Shown here piece by piece: positions 1 to 12,940 of a stretch of DNA of 64,000 nucleotides. The position numbers and the translations under genes were made by a program. Position 1 is the stretch's first letter; each line of letters begins with the position of its first letter. The DNA is from Octopus sinensis (taxonomy: Eukaryota). The notes beneath the pieces were generated by a model. The model was not told where the DNA came from. It saw nothing but the letters and a program-made list of their open reading frames with translations, and made no database searches. The stretch lies in contig NC_042998.1 of assembly GCF_006345805.1 (NCBI RefSeq), positions 206,522,001 through 206,586,000 on the forward strand. Reading direction: 5' to 3'.

Positions 1-21
1 GGCGGGGGGGGACAAACACAG

Positions 22-54
<33 letters not shown>

Positions 55-218
55 CAACAGGCTTCTTTCAGTTTCTGTCTACCAAATCCATTCACAAGGC
101 TTTGGTCAGCCCAAGGCTATAGTCGAAGACACTTGCCCAATGTGCTACGGAGTGGGACTGAACCCAGGACCATGTGGTTCGTAAGCAAGCTACTTACCAC
201 ACAGCCACTTCTGTGCCT
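1..218 (-). mobile_element. SINE family A (tRNA head plus CORE-like domain), partial copy
   Basis: Reverse complement reads AGGCACAGAAGTGGCTGTGTGGTAAG...GGTTCAGTCCCAC...TTGGGCAAGTGTCTTC, with A/B-box-like motifs and a CORE-like CCTTGGGCAAG; more than 12 homologues in the window. Confidence 0.85.
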
Positions 219-224
219 GTAGGT

Positions 225-675
225 CACATATGCACATTAAGTTCTCGCTCTCTTCCATTGTGTAAAGAAGTGCTTGTAAAGTAAAGTGTGGAGAGTTTGG
301 TTGTTTCAAGAAGACCAGGTTTCTGCTGTGTAGGATCTCCTTGATTGTGTTGAGGAAGATGAAAATTCTTTGAAAATGGTCTTAACAGGTAATGAATTAA
401 GGGTCTATGATTATAACCCTGAAACCAAAGCAAAAATAGAACCCCACTCGAAAGGAACAAGACATTGGGGAAATCCCAAAGAATGCAACAAGGCAGCTGC
501 TTGCTATCCCCAAAAAAGGATTGTTCCAGGAATGGTTCCACCGATGGAAACAACACCGAATAAAGTGTGTAGCTTCAGAAAGGGACCACTTTGAAGGGGA
601 TCAAACTCCAAATTGATACATGTTGCAGTTTTGTTTTTATGGTACCAGTCCCGGTGCTTTTCGATCAGATCTCAA
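225..675 (+). mobile_element. Degenerate, internally deleted mariner transposon 3' part
   Basis: Peptides LKMVLTGNELRVYDYNPETKA (mariner ITGDETWVYxYDPETK motif) and, in another frame, RWKQHRIKCVASERDHFEGD (mariner C-terminus KCVxxxGDYFEGD), followed by a TIR-like end. Confidence 0.8.
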
Positions 676-756
676 ATTTATGAAGGCCATCATCATCATC
701 ACCATCATTTAACATCCTTTGTCCATGCTGGCATGTATGTACGTATGTATATACAT

Positions 757-965
757 AGTTAATTCAAATATGAAAACACAAAGAGAAAACACAACAATGC
801 GAGGATGTGGAACAAGTATAGTGTTATTGGACGCTCAGGAAAGGAAGGAAAGAAGGAGAATTTAACGTTTTGAGCGGAGCTCTTCGTCAGACACATAGGA
901 AAGGTACAAGGAAGGGAAGACAGAGGAAAAAATTGCCAACAATGCACACGCAGTCCATCATAAAT
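757..965 (-). mobile_element. PLE-type terminal repeat with mutated minimal hammerhead (family i, copy 1)
   Basis: Minus strand 860-894: CTGACGA-A-GAGC-TCC-GCTC-AAAAC-GTT (GAAA changed to AAAA); homologous to 1385-1592 and 11266-11360. Confidence 0.7.
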
Positions 966-993
966 ATGTGTGTGTGTGTGTGTATATATATAT

Positions 994-1337
994 AAAGGGG
1001 GGTAAAGACCCCCTTCGGTCATGAATGACCATGGGTTTGCACCTAGAAAGTTACCCTCTGAGGCACAAGTCTGGGCAAGGTTGTTTATGGAAGACCAGCA
1101 GTTGCCCATGCATACCAGCCTCCCCTCTCCACGCCACTAGTGTTATCCAAGTGAAAGGCAAAGGTCGATACAGCTTGGCACCAGTGACGTCGCAACTCAT
1201 TTCTACAGCTGAGTAAACTGGAGCAACGTGAAATAAAGTACCTTGCTCAAGAACACAGCATGCAGCCCGGTCCGGGATTCGAGCTCACAACCTCATGATC
1301 GTAAGCTCGACGCTCTAACCACTGAGCCATGCGCCTT

Positions 1338-1338
<1 letters not shown>
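994..1338 (-). mobile_element. SINE family G1 (tRNA head plus CORE-like domain), near full length
   Basis: Minus strand starts GAAGGCGCATGGCTCAGTGGTTAGAGC...GAGCTCGAATCCC (A and B boxes), then TTCTTGAGCAAGGTACTTTATTTCAC. Confidence 0.8.
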
Positions 1339-1382
<44 letters not shown>

Positions 1383-1384
1383 AT

Positions 1385-1592
1385 ATATAATCCAAACATG
1401 AAAACACAAAGAGAAAACACAACAATGCAAGGACGTGGAACAAGTATAGTATTATTGGATGCTCAGGAAAGGAAAGAAAGAAGGATTTAACGTTTCGAGC
1501 GGAGATCTTCGTCAGAAACATAAGAGGAAAGATCCAAGGAAGAGAAGACGGAAAAAAAAAATCGCCAACGATACACACGCGGTCACATATTG
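1385..1592 (-). mobile_element. PLE-type terminal repeat with minimal hammerhead (family i, copy 2)
   Basis: Minus strand 1485-1519: GTTT-CTGACGA-A-GATC-TCC-GCTC-GAAAC-GTT-AAAT; core intact, stem I GTTT/AAAT, one mismatch in stem II. Confidence 0.75.
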
Positions 1593-1743
1593 AATGCATA
1601 TGTATATATGCATATATGTTTATGCATGCGGTGTATGTGTTTGCCTGTATTTCAGGACGTGTTCTTTTATGTATGTATGTTCATGAATTTCTGTGTATAT
1701 ATTTTTTAATGTATCTGTACATATATTTCTGTGATTGCTCTTT

Positions 1744-1779
<36 letters not shown>

Positions 1780-2769
1780 CGTGTGTGTATGTATACTTAT
1801 TTATGTGTGTGCGCATAAAGGCTTAACAAGAAGCAAGGATGTTAAACTCCTCAATCCATCCTCACCTGACTACAAGAGCACCTGTTGCAATATGGTAAAC
1901 TGCTTGTATAAACCAACAACAACACATTATCTGTTATCTTCACTACTACTGCTACAACCACCAAAGTGGCTCCTGTTACCATTCCCTTCATCACTACAAC
2001 CACCACCAGTAATTCTAGACACCAACAACATTAGAGGGGGGGGAGTTAACCCCTCCCCCACACCACCACCCTCGTCACCACACTATATTCTAAACGAGGC
2101 AAAAGAAACTGACATGTCACATGTTTGTGTTTGATAGATTTGTTCAGACACAGAGACACACATATACACACACATAATCACACACATTCATACATATATA
2201 TACACACATATATACACACACCTTGGCTATAATAGAAGACCCTTGCTCAAGGTGCCACACAGTGGGACTGAACCCAGAACCATGTGGGGTCGGAAGCAAG
2301 TGCCTTACCACACAGCCACATATTAAATATAACAGACCAGAGGAAAATAAGATGGTAATAAACCACTCCAAGACCAACACTTCTCTAAGAATCATTCATG
2401 GTAGTGGTGGTGGTGGTCATGGGAAGATGAAGGAACAATCTAGAACTTCACTTTTAGTCTCACAGCTTCATATTTTTTTTGTTTCTGCTTCCTTACTTTT
2501 CTGTTTTTTTTCTTTTTACTTTCTTCATTTACTTTTGATCAACACATTTGACACTCCACCACGACCATCACTACCACTTTCTTGCTTTCATATTTTCCAT
2601 CATAACAGTTTATAATATTTGCCTCTGTAACTAGCAACCACCCTCTCTACACATCACACTACCCCCCACAGCTCTCTCTCATACACACAAGACCACAGAG
2701 TTTCTGATTTTGGCCAAGGTGTTTTTCCAAAAAGGCTGCAACTTGTTGCTCGTAGCTGGCATGTGACAT

Positions 2770-2786
2770 ACATGTGTGTGTGTGTG

Positions 2787-2853
<67 letters not shown>

Positions 2854-3023
2854 GTACATTATATATATATATATCTATATATATATATATACAAATTATA
2901 TAATATATATATATTACATATATATAATATATACACACACACACACATATATATACATACAGTATATAATATGAATATATACTATACTATGCATATATGT
3001 ATAAAAACATATATAAGCATGCA

Positions 3024-3117
<94 letters not shown>

Positions 3118-3398
3118 ATATATAGGAACAATATGTGTACACACACAATATAATATGTATATGTACACACGTATGTATAAAAATATAGGTAAGCGCACGT
3201 ATGTACATACATACATACATAATGTGAAGATAAATATATATATATAATATATACGAAAATATTATATACAAATATGTACTCACACATACACGCATACTTA
3301 CATGTGTGTGTGTGTGTGTGGAGGGTGATTGTATGAGTGTACACTGCACTTATCTATACATTACATATTACAACATAAAATATATATATACATATATA

Positions 3399-3449
<51 letters not shown>

Positions 3450-3470
3450 GTATACAATGGGTAGATTATG
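2770..3470. repeat. (TA)n/(CA)n/(TG)n compound microsatellite region
   Basis: Direct reading; source of the YIYI/CVCV ORFs. Confidence 0.95.
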
Positions 3471-4069
3471 GTGTGGGATCAATAATGCATTACTGTGCAA
3501 CTTAATGTACATTTAAGTGTTAGCGAGTGCAAAATGGTTGTTAATTAAATGGAAGAGGGTTGACGAGAAGCAGTAATGAAGAGCCGTTGATTAGTGGGGT
3601 GGTGGCGAGGGGGAGAAGGAGGAGGGGGTGGACAATGAAATGAACGCGATGGTGATGGTGACGATGATGATGTGGTGGTGGAGGAAGGCATTAAGGGTGA
3701 ATGATGACGATGACAACGTGAAGGACAGCGATAATGGTGATGACGATAAGAGCTTAAATGAATATGATGACAAAAGACGATGATGAGGAGGAGGTCTTAC
3801 TCCTCCAGTTTTGTAATTTGTCCTTCATCTCTCGAGTCAATAACGACGGTCAGGTCGCAAGCTGGCAGAGCGTTTAGCACACCGCTTAGTGGCACTTCAC
3901 TGGTCCCCGCATTCTGAGTTCAAATCCCACCAAGATCAACTTCATTCTTTCATCCTGGGAGGCCAATAAAATAGATACCAGTTGAATACTGGGATCAACA
4001 TAAATGACTGGCAACCACCACCACCACCATCACCATCACCACAATTTCAGGCCTGGTGCCAACAGAATT

Positions 4070-4310
4070 CATCATCATTTAAAAATCCGTTTTCCATGCT
4101 GGCATGGGTTGGACGGTTCCTGGGAAGCCAGGAGGTTCCACAAGGCTCCAGTCTGACCTGGCAGTGTTTCTACACCTGAATGCCTTTCCTGGTGCCAACC
4201 ACTCCGAGAGTGTAGTGGGTGCTTTTATGTGCCACCAGCACAAGGGCCAGAGGGAGCTAACATCAACCACAATTGGATGGTGCTTTTTACGTGCCGCCAG
4301 CACAGGGATC
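4070..4310 (-). mobile_element. Family C retroposon 3' part with (GAT)n tail
   Basis: CATCATCATTTAAAAATCCGTTTTCCATGCTGGCATGGGTTGGACGG...GCCAACCACTCCGAGAGTGTAGTGGGTGC, shared with more than 10 copies. Confidence 0.75.
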
Positions 4311-4619
4311 ACAACTACCATTTCCATTTGATTGCAATTTGATTTTGATATTGATGTTGATGTTCTTGACCCAATAGGTCTCCTCAAGCACGGCATGTTG
4401 CCCTACGATCCAAGGTACTTTTGGGTGGGCTGGTTATGCAACACTGGTGTAGGGGTTACAGCTGTGAACTCACTTTATTTGCCGGGTCTTCTCAGTCACA
4501 GCTTATCTCCAGAGTCATGTGATAGAGGAAAAGGGGATGACAGAGAGAAAAAGGAAGAAATATAAATAAAAAAGTAAACAAACAAAATAAAGGGCCAAAA
4601 AGGAAAAGAAAATTTCCAG

Positions 4620-5130
4620 CGACACCTAATAATAATAATGGTTTCAAATTTTTCCACAAGGGCAGCAATTTGGGTGGGGGAGGGGGGAGTTGATTATATG
4701 GACCCCAGTGTCTCACTGGTACTTATTTAATCGACCCTGAAAAGATGAAAGGTAAAGTGAACCTGAGCAGAATTGGAACTCAGAACAATAATAATAATAA
4801 TAATAATAATCCTTTGTATTATAAGCAGAAGGCATGAAATTTTGGATGAGTGCGGATAATCGATTACGTTGACCCTAGTATTCAACTGGTACTTTCTACT
4901 CTCCTCCTCTGGAAGCCATCTACTCACAATGCCAGAGGACGCACACTCTCCTACCCTGATGTAATCTCCAGGGATACAGGCATCCAGCAACAGGACCTCC
5001 GTAATGCCATGATGGACCGTGAAGTCTGGCGTAGCATGGTAATTTCCATTGTCTCGACCACGGTCGAACAATGATGATGAAAAGGCAAAAGTTGGCCTCA
5101 GCAGGATTTGAACTCAGAATGTAATGACAG
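4620..5130 (-). mobile_element. Two SINE family B copies, the second interrupted by an RTE fragment
   Basis: GATGAAAGGYAAAGT...GAATTTGAACTCAGAA and GACCCCAGT...ACTGGTACT motifs of family B. Confidence 0.8.
4894..5080 (+). mobile_element. RTE-clade LINE ORF2 C-terminus with (TGA)n tail, 5'-truncated
   Basis: LLLWKPSTHNARGRTLSYPDVISRDTGIQQQDLRNAMMDREVWRSMV matches the RTE C-terminal pattern (GRP..tw.D.i..D.G.....l...m.DR..WR); stop codon runs into TGATGATGA. Confidence 0.8.
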
Positions 5131-5367
5131 ACAAATATAATTTATATACCATAACAACATGAACTGCAATAACGTCCTGCAAATGGCATCCGGTGGCACA
5201 TAAAAGCACTCATTACAATCTCGGAGTGGTTGGCTTTAGGAAGGGCATCCAGCCGAAGAAAACCATGACGAATCAGATTGGAGCCTGGTGCAGCCTTCCA
5301 GCTGACCAACCCTGGTCAAACCGTCAAACCTAGGCCAGCAGGGTCAACAGACGTTAAATTATTCTTT

Positions 5368-5751
5368 TATTCTTTTACTTGTTTCAGTCATTTGACTGCA
5401 GCCATGCTGGAGCACCACCTTTAGTCGAGCAACTCAACCCCCAGGAAATATTCTTTGTAAGCCTAGTACTCATTCTATCGGTCCCTTTTGCCGAACCACT
5501 AAGTAATGGGGATGCAAACACACCAGCATCGGTTGTCAAGCGATCTTGAGGGGGACAGACACAAACATACAAACACACACACACATATATATATGACGGG
5601 CTTCTTTCAGTTTCCGTCTACCAAATCCACTCACAAGGCTTTGGTCGGCCAGAGGCTATAATAGAAGACACATGCCCAAGGTGTCACACAGTGGGACTGA
5701 ACCCTGAAACATGTGGTTGGTAAGCAAGCTACTTACCACACAGCCACTCCT
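5368..5751 (-). mobile_element. SINE family A, full length
   Basis: Head AGGAGTGGCTGTGTGGTAAG through tail CAGCATGGCTGCAGTCAAATGACTGAAACAAGTAAAAGAATAAAAGAAT. Confidence 0.9.
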
Positions 5752-6789
5752 AATGATGATGATGATGATTGAAAAAACATTAAATATCTAATCTTTTACT
5801 AATTTTATTCATTAGACTGTGGCCATGCTGGAGCACTGACTTGAAGATTTTTAGCCAAACAAATCGATGCCAGTCCTTTTATTTTTATTTTTTATTTTTT
5901 GGAAGCTTTGTAGTTAATGCATTAGTCACTTTTGCTGAACTGCTAAGTTACAGCAATTTAAACACCAACACCAACTGTCAAGCAGTGGTGGAGGACAAAC
6001 ACGAGACACAAAGACACACAGACATCATCATAATCATCATCTTTTAACGTCTGTAGGCCATACTGGTGTGGGCTGGATGGTTTCAACTGGGCTGGCATGC
6101 TAGAAGGCTGCACCAGGATCCAGTCTGATGTGGCATGGCTTTCTACGGCTGAATGCCCTTCCTAATGCCAACCACTCCAAGAGTGTAATGGGTGCCTTTA
6201 CATGCCACTGGTATGAGTGCCATCTGTGTGACACCTGGGTGCGTTTATGTGCCACTGGCACGAGTGCCAATTTGCATAACACCAGCATCTGCTATAACTG
6301 TGGTTTCACTTGGCTTCAGGGGTTTTCTTCTCAAGCATGACATAATGCCAGAGGTCCCTCGGTCATTGCCTCCATGAGGCCCAACACCTGAAAGGAACTC
6401 AGTGACTTTGCCTCTGTGAGGCCCAATGCTCGAAAGGAAGATACACAAATATATAAATATATATATATAATTTTATTTATTAGGGAATAAAAATTCTGGC
6501 ATCACAGGGGTTCAAATTATTCTCAATGAGGAAATATATATTTTATTTAGAGATAGTAGTCCCCTTCAATATTTGGTATCGAACTATGATAAAGTTATTT
6601 AGAGGCTTCATGATTGAGGTTACATTTTAAGAAAGGTTACTGTAAAACACTGCGTGCTTAAGGAACTGTAAAAGAACCTCAAGAAACACGTGAAGCAGAG
6701 AAATGAGTGGGAAGTATTAAATTAAATTAAAATTCTTTTTTATGGTGATGATGATGATGATGATGGTGGGATGAAGGGGACTACTATCT

Positions 6790-6870
<81 letters not shown>

Positions 6871-6889
6871 TTTCCTCCCTTGGACACAC

Positions 6890-7435
6890 AAAGACCTGTT
6901 GAGGCATGCGAAGTCGATATTGAACTTCATCCGACGACAGGCACCTATGCCAACCCCACTTTGCTTGCGAAGACCTGTTGGGGCAAGTGAAATCGGAATC
7001 GAAATTGAACAAATCCTATGACTGGCACCCGGCAGATGCCAGGACCCCTGGACTGGAGATAAGTAAAAAGGACTATCCGAATCGTGGCCGATGCCAGCGC
7101 CGCCTCAACTGGCTTCCATGTCAGTGGCACGTAAAAAGTACCATCCAAATCGTGGCCGAAGCCAGTGCCGCCTCGACTGGCTTCCGTGCCGGTGGCACGT
7201 AAAATGCACCAATCCGACCGTGGCCGATGCCAGCCTCGCCTGGCACCAGTGCAGGTGGCACGTAAAAAGCACCCACTACACTCATGGAGTGGTTGGCGTT
7301 AAGAAGGGCATCCAGCAGTAGAAACATTGCCAGATAAAACCGGAGCCTGGTGCAGCCTTCTGGCTTCCCTGATCCCCGGTCGAACCGTCCAACCCGTGCT
7401 AGCGCGGAAAACGGACGTTAAACGATGATGATGAT
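6890..7435 (+). mobile_element. Family C element with about 4 internal 55-65 bp repeats
   Basis: Repeated ...GTGGCACGTAAAA(A)GCACC units at 7065-7275, then GGAGTGGTTGGCGTTAAGAAGGGCATCCAGC and ACGTTAAACGATGATGATG tail. Confidence 0.8.
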
Positions 7436-7619
7436 ATATATATATAGATAGATAAATAGATAGATAGATAGATAGATAGAGATATATATACACAGCAGGC
7501 TTCTTTCAGTTTCCATCAACCAAATCAACACAAAAGGCTTTGGTCAGCCTGGGGCTATAGTAGAAAACACTTGCCCAAGGTTCAATTCAGAAAGAAAGAC
7601 AAAAAAAATAGCTTGAAGA

Positions 7620-8420
7620 GAGTGGGACTAAAGTTAAGGAGTTTGAGAGAGAATGAAGAGGGTTTAAGGATGAGGTCAGAGTTTTAATGATAATGGGAAG
7701 TAGGGGAGATGGGCGGAGTATTGGTTAATTAGGGGCACTTAATAGGTAGGGAAGTGGAGGAAGGGAGTGAGGGGGAGGGGGGCTATCGTTTGTGTGGGTG
7801 TGGGAAGGAAAGAGACTATTGTTCCTGAGAGACGGGGGGGGGACGGATAATATAGAGAATGAGGGGGAGAGAGAGAGAGAGAGACAGGTAGCGATGGTGG
7901 GGAATGTGAGAAAGAAAGGAACAATGAAAGCAAGCATGAGAGAATGAAAAAAAGGGGGTAAATGAAGGTAAGTGTAAAAGAAAGGAAAGAGGAAATAGAG
8001 AGCAAGGAGGCAAAAGTGTGGAAAGAGAGAAAGAAAGAGAGAGAGGAGAATGATGAAATAGAAAGGAGGAAAGGAAGGAAAAAAAGGAACAGACAAACGT
8101 GAGGGGGGTCATAGAGTGATAAAAGGAGGAATAGGAGGAGGAGGAAGAGGAGGGAGGGGGAGCAAGGAAGGTAAAATATAAATAAATAAATGGTGGGGGG
8201 GGAGATAAAGGAACTGAAGGAAGATAGAAGAAAAGAAGGAAAATACAAGGGAGGTAGAGAGAGGGAAGGAAGAGGAAAAAGTGAAGGTTGAAGTGGGGGT
8301 GAGGGGGAAAGAAACGGGGGAGAGGTGGGGGCAGGATAGAGGGGGGGTGAAGGCAGAATTGGAGATGAGTTGAGTTGGAGGAGAGTTGGGAGATGCCGAG
8401 AGGGGGTGGTGGTGTATGGG
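7620..8420. repeat. Purine-rich low-complexity tract
   Basis: G/A-rich degenerate simple sequence; yields the F/L/S/P-rich minus-strand ORFs. Confidence 0.85.
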
Positions 8421-9767
8421 GGGGTTGAGTGGAATGACACAACGTTGCGGTGGTGGTGGTGGTAGCAGCGGCGGGCAACTGTGAATGACATGTGATGTTG
8501 CAATCCGGAGGGATTACTTCCACAACTGCTGCTGCTGTTGTTGTTGTTGTTTGATGATGGTGATGACGACGACGCCAAATGACGAGGATTATAATCGTTA
8601 TAGTGATTAATATGACGGCTATTATGGTGAATAATTACAAGGATGATGACAATGGATGTGGAACATCGTGATAAGGATGATGGTGATGCTGCTGATGATG
8701 ATGGTGATGGTCATGATGATGATGATGATGAATCCTGCTGTTTCATCTTGAAACAATGTATTTTCCTTAATGTCTCTAGCTGTCACTGGTACACCACCAC
8801 CACCATCATCATCATTACCACCACCACCACCACCACCACCAGCATCATCATCATTACCACCACCATCATCATCATCTTCACCCCCACCCCAAACCTCCGC
8901 GGGGGGTGGGGGTGGGGTGATGTGACTGAAGTTGTTTGGGGAGAGCAGAGCAAAATAGCAGAGAAGGAAACACAAAAAAAAAGAAATATATACATATACA
9001 TAGATATAAAACAAAAAAATAAATAAATAAAACAGGAGGCTCTTTAAATTGTGCTGTTTTAATGGGTCAGTGATGTTGGATTAATTTAGGGTAATAGGTT
9101 AGGAGAGAGAGAGAGGAGGAGAGAGAGGGAGGGAGAGAGAAAGAGGAAAGAAAAAGAGATGAGGAAATTGACAGCAAAAATGGCAAAAATTCCCATCAAA
9201 TGGGAATAGTAATAGCATTGAGTAATAATCTGATATTTGTGTCTTGTTGGAAAAATTAATACATTACTACACACACACACACATTTATTTTTATACACAC
9301 ACCACACACACAGATATACATACATAGACATACATATATGTCACACACACACTTACATATAACGACCCTCCTCCGTGTTTGTTTTCCTTCGGTTTCCTTG
9401 TATGTCTCCACTGTCCTATTTTTGTTCTCGACTTTGACCCTCCATAAATCCCAAATTTTATTTTGGTATTTATTGAAGCATCTGTCTCCGAAGATTAATA
9501 TTGTCATTCAATGCTCGAAATGAAGAGTAGATAGACTCAGTGGACAACTGATGAACGGTCATTCGTTATGTTACTTGTCCTGTTTCCCATTTGTTTCTCC
9601 CATTCTTTGCATACTGAATTCATTTGCTTTCATATTTCATGTCATTTACTGTTGGTGATGTCCTGTATCCATATATATCCATATATATATATATATATAT
9701 AATATATATATATATATATTAATGTTTGTTTTCGTGTTTAGTTATGATAAAAACAATTTTACATTAG

Positions 9768-9995
9768 CCCTTTTGCTACTGTATTTCTGTTGAGATGCTC
9801 AGTGTTTCTTTCAATTAATTTTAAATAATAGAAAGAATTTAGTAAAATAACTTAGTTATTATCATTCAGCTAGTGTTAGGAACATAAATTGTGACTAAAG
9901 TTTGGAGGAAGATTTTAATTCAAAACTTATGAAAACAAGACATTTGTACGACAGAGTCAGAAGAGCTGGTTTCAGCCATGTTGGTATCAAAAGGG
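9768..9995. mobile_element. piggyBac-type MITE, copy 1
   Basis: TTAG|CCCTTTTGCTAC...GTATCAAAAGGG|TTAA: CCC/GGG termini with TTAA-like flanks. Confidence 0.75.
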
Positions 9996-10026
9996 TTAAG
10001 AATTGTTTCTCTATTATATATTTTAA

Positions 10027-10248
10027 CCCTTTCGTTACTGTATTTCTGTTGAGATGCTCTCTGTTTCTTTCAATTAATTTTAAATATAACAAAGAATTTA
10101 GTAAAATAACTTGGTTATCATTCAGCTAGTGTTAGGAACATAAATTGTGACTAAGGTTTGGTGGAAGATTTTTACTTCAGAAATTATGAAAACAAGGCAT
10201 TTGTACTGAGAGCCAGAGCCGGTTTCAGCCAGGTTGGTAACGAAACGG
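10027..10248. mobile_element. piggyBac-type MITE, copy 2
   Basis: TTAA|CCCTTTCGTTAC...GTAACGAAACGG; internal sequence homologous to 9768-9995. Confidence 0.75.
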
Positions 10249-10457
10249 TTGGGTTACCCTTTAGTTTTGTAGGGTGCAAATTTAATATTCTTTATCAAGA
10301 TGATAAATAATAATAATAATAATAATAATCCTTTCTACTACAGGCACAAAGGCTGAAATAGGTGGTGGGGAGGGCCAGAACATAAAGATGGACAAAATGC
10401 TGTTAAGTAATTTGTCCAGCATGCTAACGATTCTGCCAGCTCACCACCTTGATGATG

Positions 10458-10491
<34 letters not shown>

Positions 10492-10848
10492 TGATGATGA
10501 TGATGATGATAATAATAATAATAATATGGAAAACACTCGGCGAGAAACGGAAGAAAATTTGAAGAAAGAAGGAAAAAACATAATAATAATAATAATAATT
10601 CTTTCTACTATAGGCACAAAGGTTGAAATTTTGGGGGAAATGGGGGGAGTAGTCGATTTCATCAGCCCCAGTGCATAACTGGTATTTAATTTATCGACCC
10701 TGAATAGATGAAAGATAAAGTTGGCTTTTGTGAAGTTTGAACTCAGAGCGTAAAGACAGAAGAGAAATGGCAGAAGAGATCTGCAGAGGAGAGAGAATAG
10801 GAAAAAACAAAAATACAACAAAACAAAAAAAGTAAAGCGAACATTAAA

Positions 10849-10998
10849 GAACCGTGAAAAGGAATCGGTGCATAAGCATGTCTGGGAGTAATGTTGGGGA
10901 ATTTCAGCAGGGATGGAATTTTTGAAGGATGAAGTGTCATGACAGCCAACAACTGAGGCAGGGAGTTTATTCCAATACTTTGACATGGAAACAAAGGT
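10849..10998 (-). mobile_element. CR1/L2-like LINE ORF2 3' fragment
   Basis: FVSMSKYWNKLPASVVGCHDTSSFKNSI resembles the CR1/L2 terminal motif RVVxxWNxLPxxVVxAxSxxSFKxxL. Confidence 0.6.
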
Positions 10999-11234
10999 TG
11001 CCGAAAGCTGTGTGTGTGTCTGTGGAGGAGAGGGAGATAGAGGGAGAGAAAAGGAGGAGAGTGTTGTAGTGTGGATGCCATGCAATGGATTGTAAATTAG
11101 CATCACACAACACACGAGCAGCATCCTTTGTTCTTCCATGCAAAGATGACAGGATGCAGAATATCTGCCTCAGTGATTTCTGCTTTATCCATGGAAGCAT
11201 GAAGACGACGTAGACGCTAAAACGACAATCTTAT

Positions 11235-11267
<33 letters not shown>

Positions 11268-11359
11268 GTTAATCCAAACAAGAAAGCACAAAAAAACACA
11301 ACAATAGTGCGAGGACGTGGAACAAATATAGTATTATTGGACGCTCAGGAAAGAAGGAC

Positions 11360-11835
11360 ACATATATATATATATATAATATATATATATATATTATATA
11401 TATATTATATATATTACATACATACATATGTATGTATGTATATATATATACATACATACATTACATATATATATATACGTACATATACATATATATATAT
11501 ACGTACATATACATATATATATACATATATACATACATATATATATATACATACATATACATATATACATACATATACATATACATACATATACATATAT
11601 ATATACATACATATATACATACATACATATATACATACATATACATACATACATATATATACATATATACATACATATACATACATACATACATATACAT
11701 ATATACATACATATACATATATATATATATACATACATATATACATACATATACATATATACATACATATACACATACATATATACATACATACATGCAT
11801 GCATGCATACATACATATATACATACATACATATA
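11360..11835. repeat. (TA)n/(TACA)n/(TACATA)n microsatellite
   Basis: Direct reading. Confidence 0.95.
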
Positions 11836-12589
11836 TGGTGGCCGCCCCCTCGTTATCGAGTATGGCCATTGCATGAAGCTTAATCAATGTTGTTATCGTG
11901 CAATGTCTGTGCAAGAAGATTTTTGTTAAAGTGAGGAAAGGCTGTGCACTGAGTCAATCCCACTCACTAAGCGAAAAGAAGACCAAGTCAACATCATCGG
12001 TAACCACTGAGCCGCAGGTTTTATGTCGGAGTTATCCCAGTTACCCGAGTTACCTTCTCCTAGAGGGAAGCCCTAACAAAGTCTAGGAGTCCTTCACTCC
12101 CAATGGTTTAACCACGCAATTGGGTATTCAGTTCAATTATTTCTATGTCCCCGCGCATGACACAGCCTTAAGACATTTATTGGATGGCCGTTGACTCTCA
12201 AAAGTTCCTCCGCCCTATATGTCATATGTATGTATGTATATACATAGATATATGCATATAAAATATTTATGTAATGCAAGAAAGGGAGCCCCCTGATATG
12301 TTCAATTAAGTGACCCCTAAGCTAAATTGACCATCTGCATAGATGGAAACGGCCAATTATTATTTATTTAATTATATACATGTGACACACACACACACAC
12401 ACTTTCTTACATGGCACCAGCATGGTGCTGGTGCCACAAGGGTGTTCTTTATGTGACACCAACACCAGCACTTTTTGGTACACACATATATATGGTGAAC
12501 CTGGGGTGAAACCATCCTCATCACCGACATCAATACAACCACCAACAAACAACAAAAAGAGTAAAACAGTCTTAACAAGAGAGGGGAGG

Positions 12590-12940
12590 GGAGAGGGAGA
12601 GAGAAATAGAGAGGGAGTGAGAGATAGAGAGGGAGAGAGAAATAGAGTGAGAGAGAGAGAGAGAGAGGGAGAGAGAAATAGAGTGAGAGACAGAGGGAGA
12701 GAGAGAAATAGAGAGAGAGAGAGAGAAATAGAGTGGGAGAGAGAGAGGGAGATGGGGAGAAAGAGAGAGGGGGGATAGGGAGAGAGTGGGAAAGAGAAAT
12801 AGACAAAGAGAAATAGAGAGAGAGAGAGAGGGAGAGAAAGAGAGGAGAGAAAGAGAGAGAGAGAGAGGGAGAGAAAGAGAGGGAATGAGATAGCGGGAGA
12901 GAGAGGAGGAGGGAGAGGGAAAGAGAGAGAGAGAGAAGAA
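12590..12940. repeat. (GA)n-rich tract
   Basis: Direct reading. Confidence 0.9.

Noticed and set aside
2774-3349. Many ORFs of [12 protein letters not shown] type here and elsewhere
   Set aside because: Translations of dinucleotide microsatellites that lack stop codons by composition.
7739-8578. 279-aa and 235-aa minus-strand ORFs
   Set aside because: Low-complexity pyrimidine-rich strand; no domain or splice structure.
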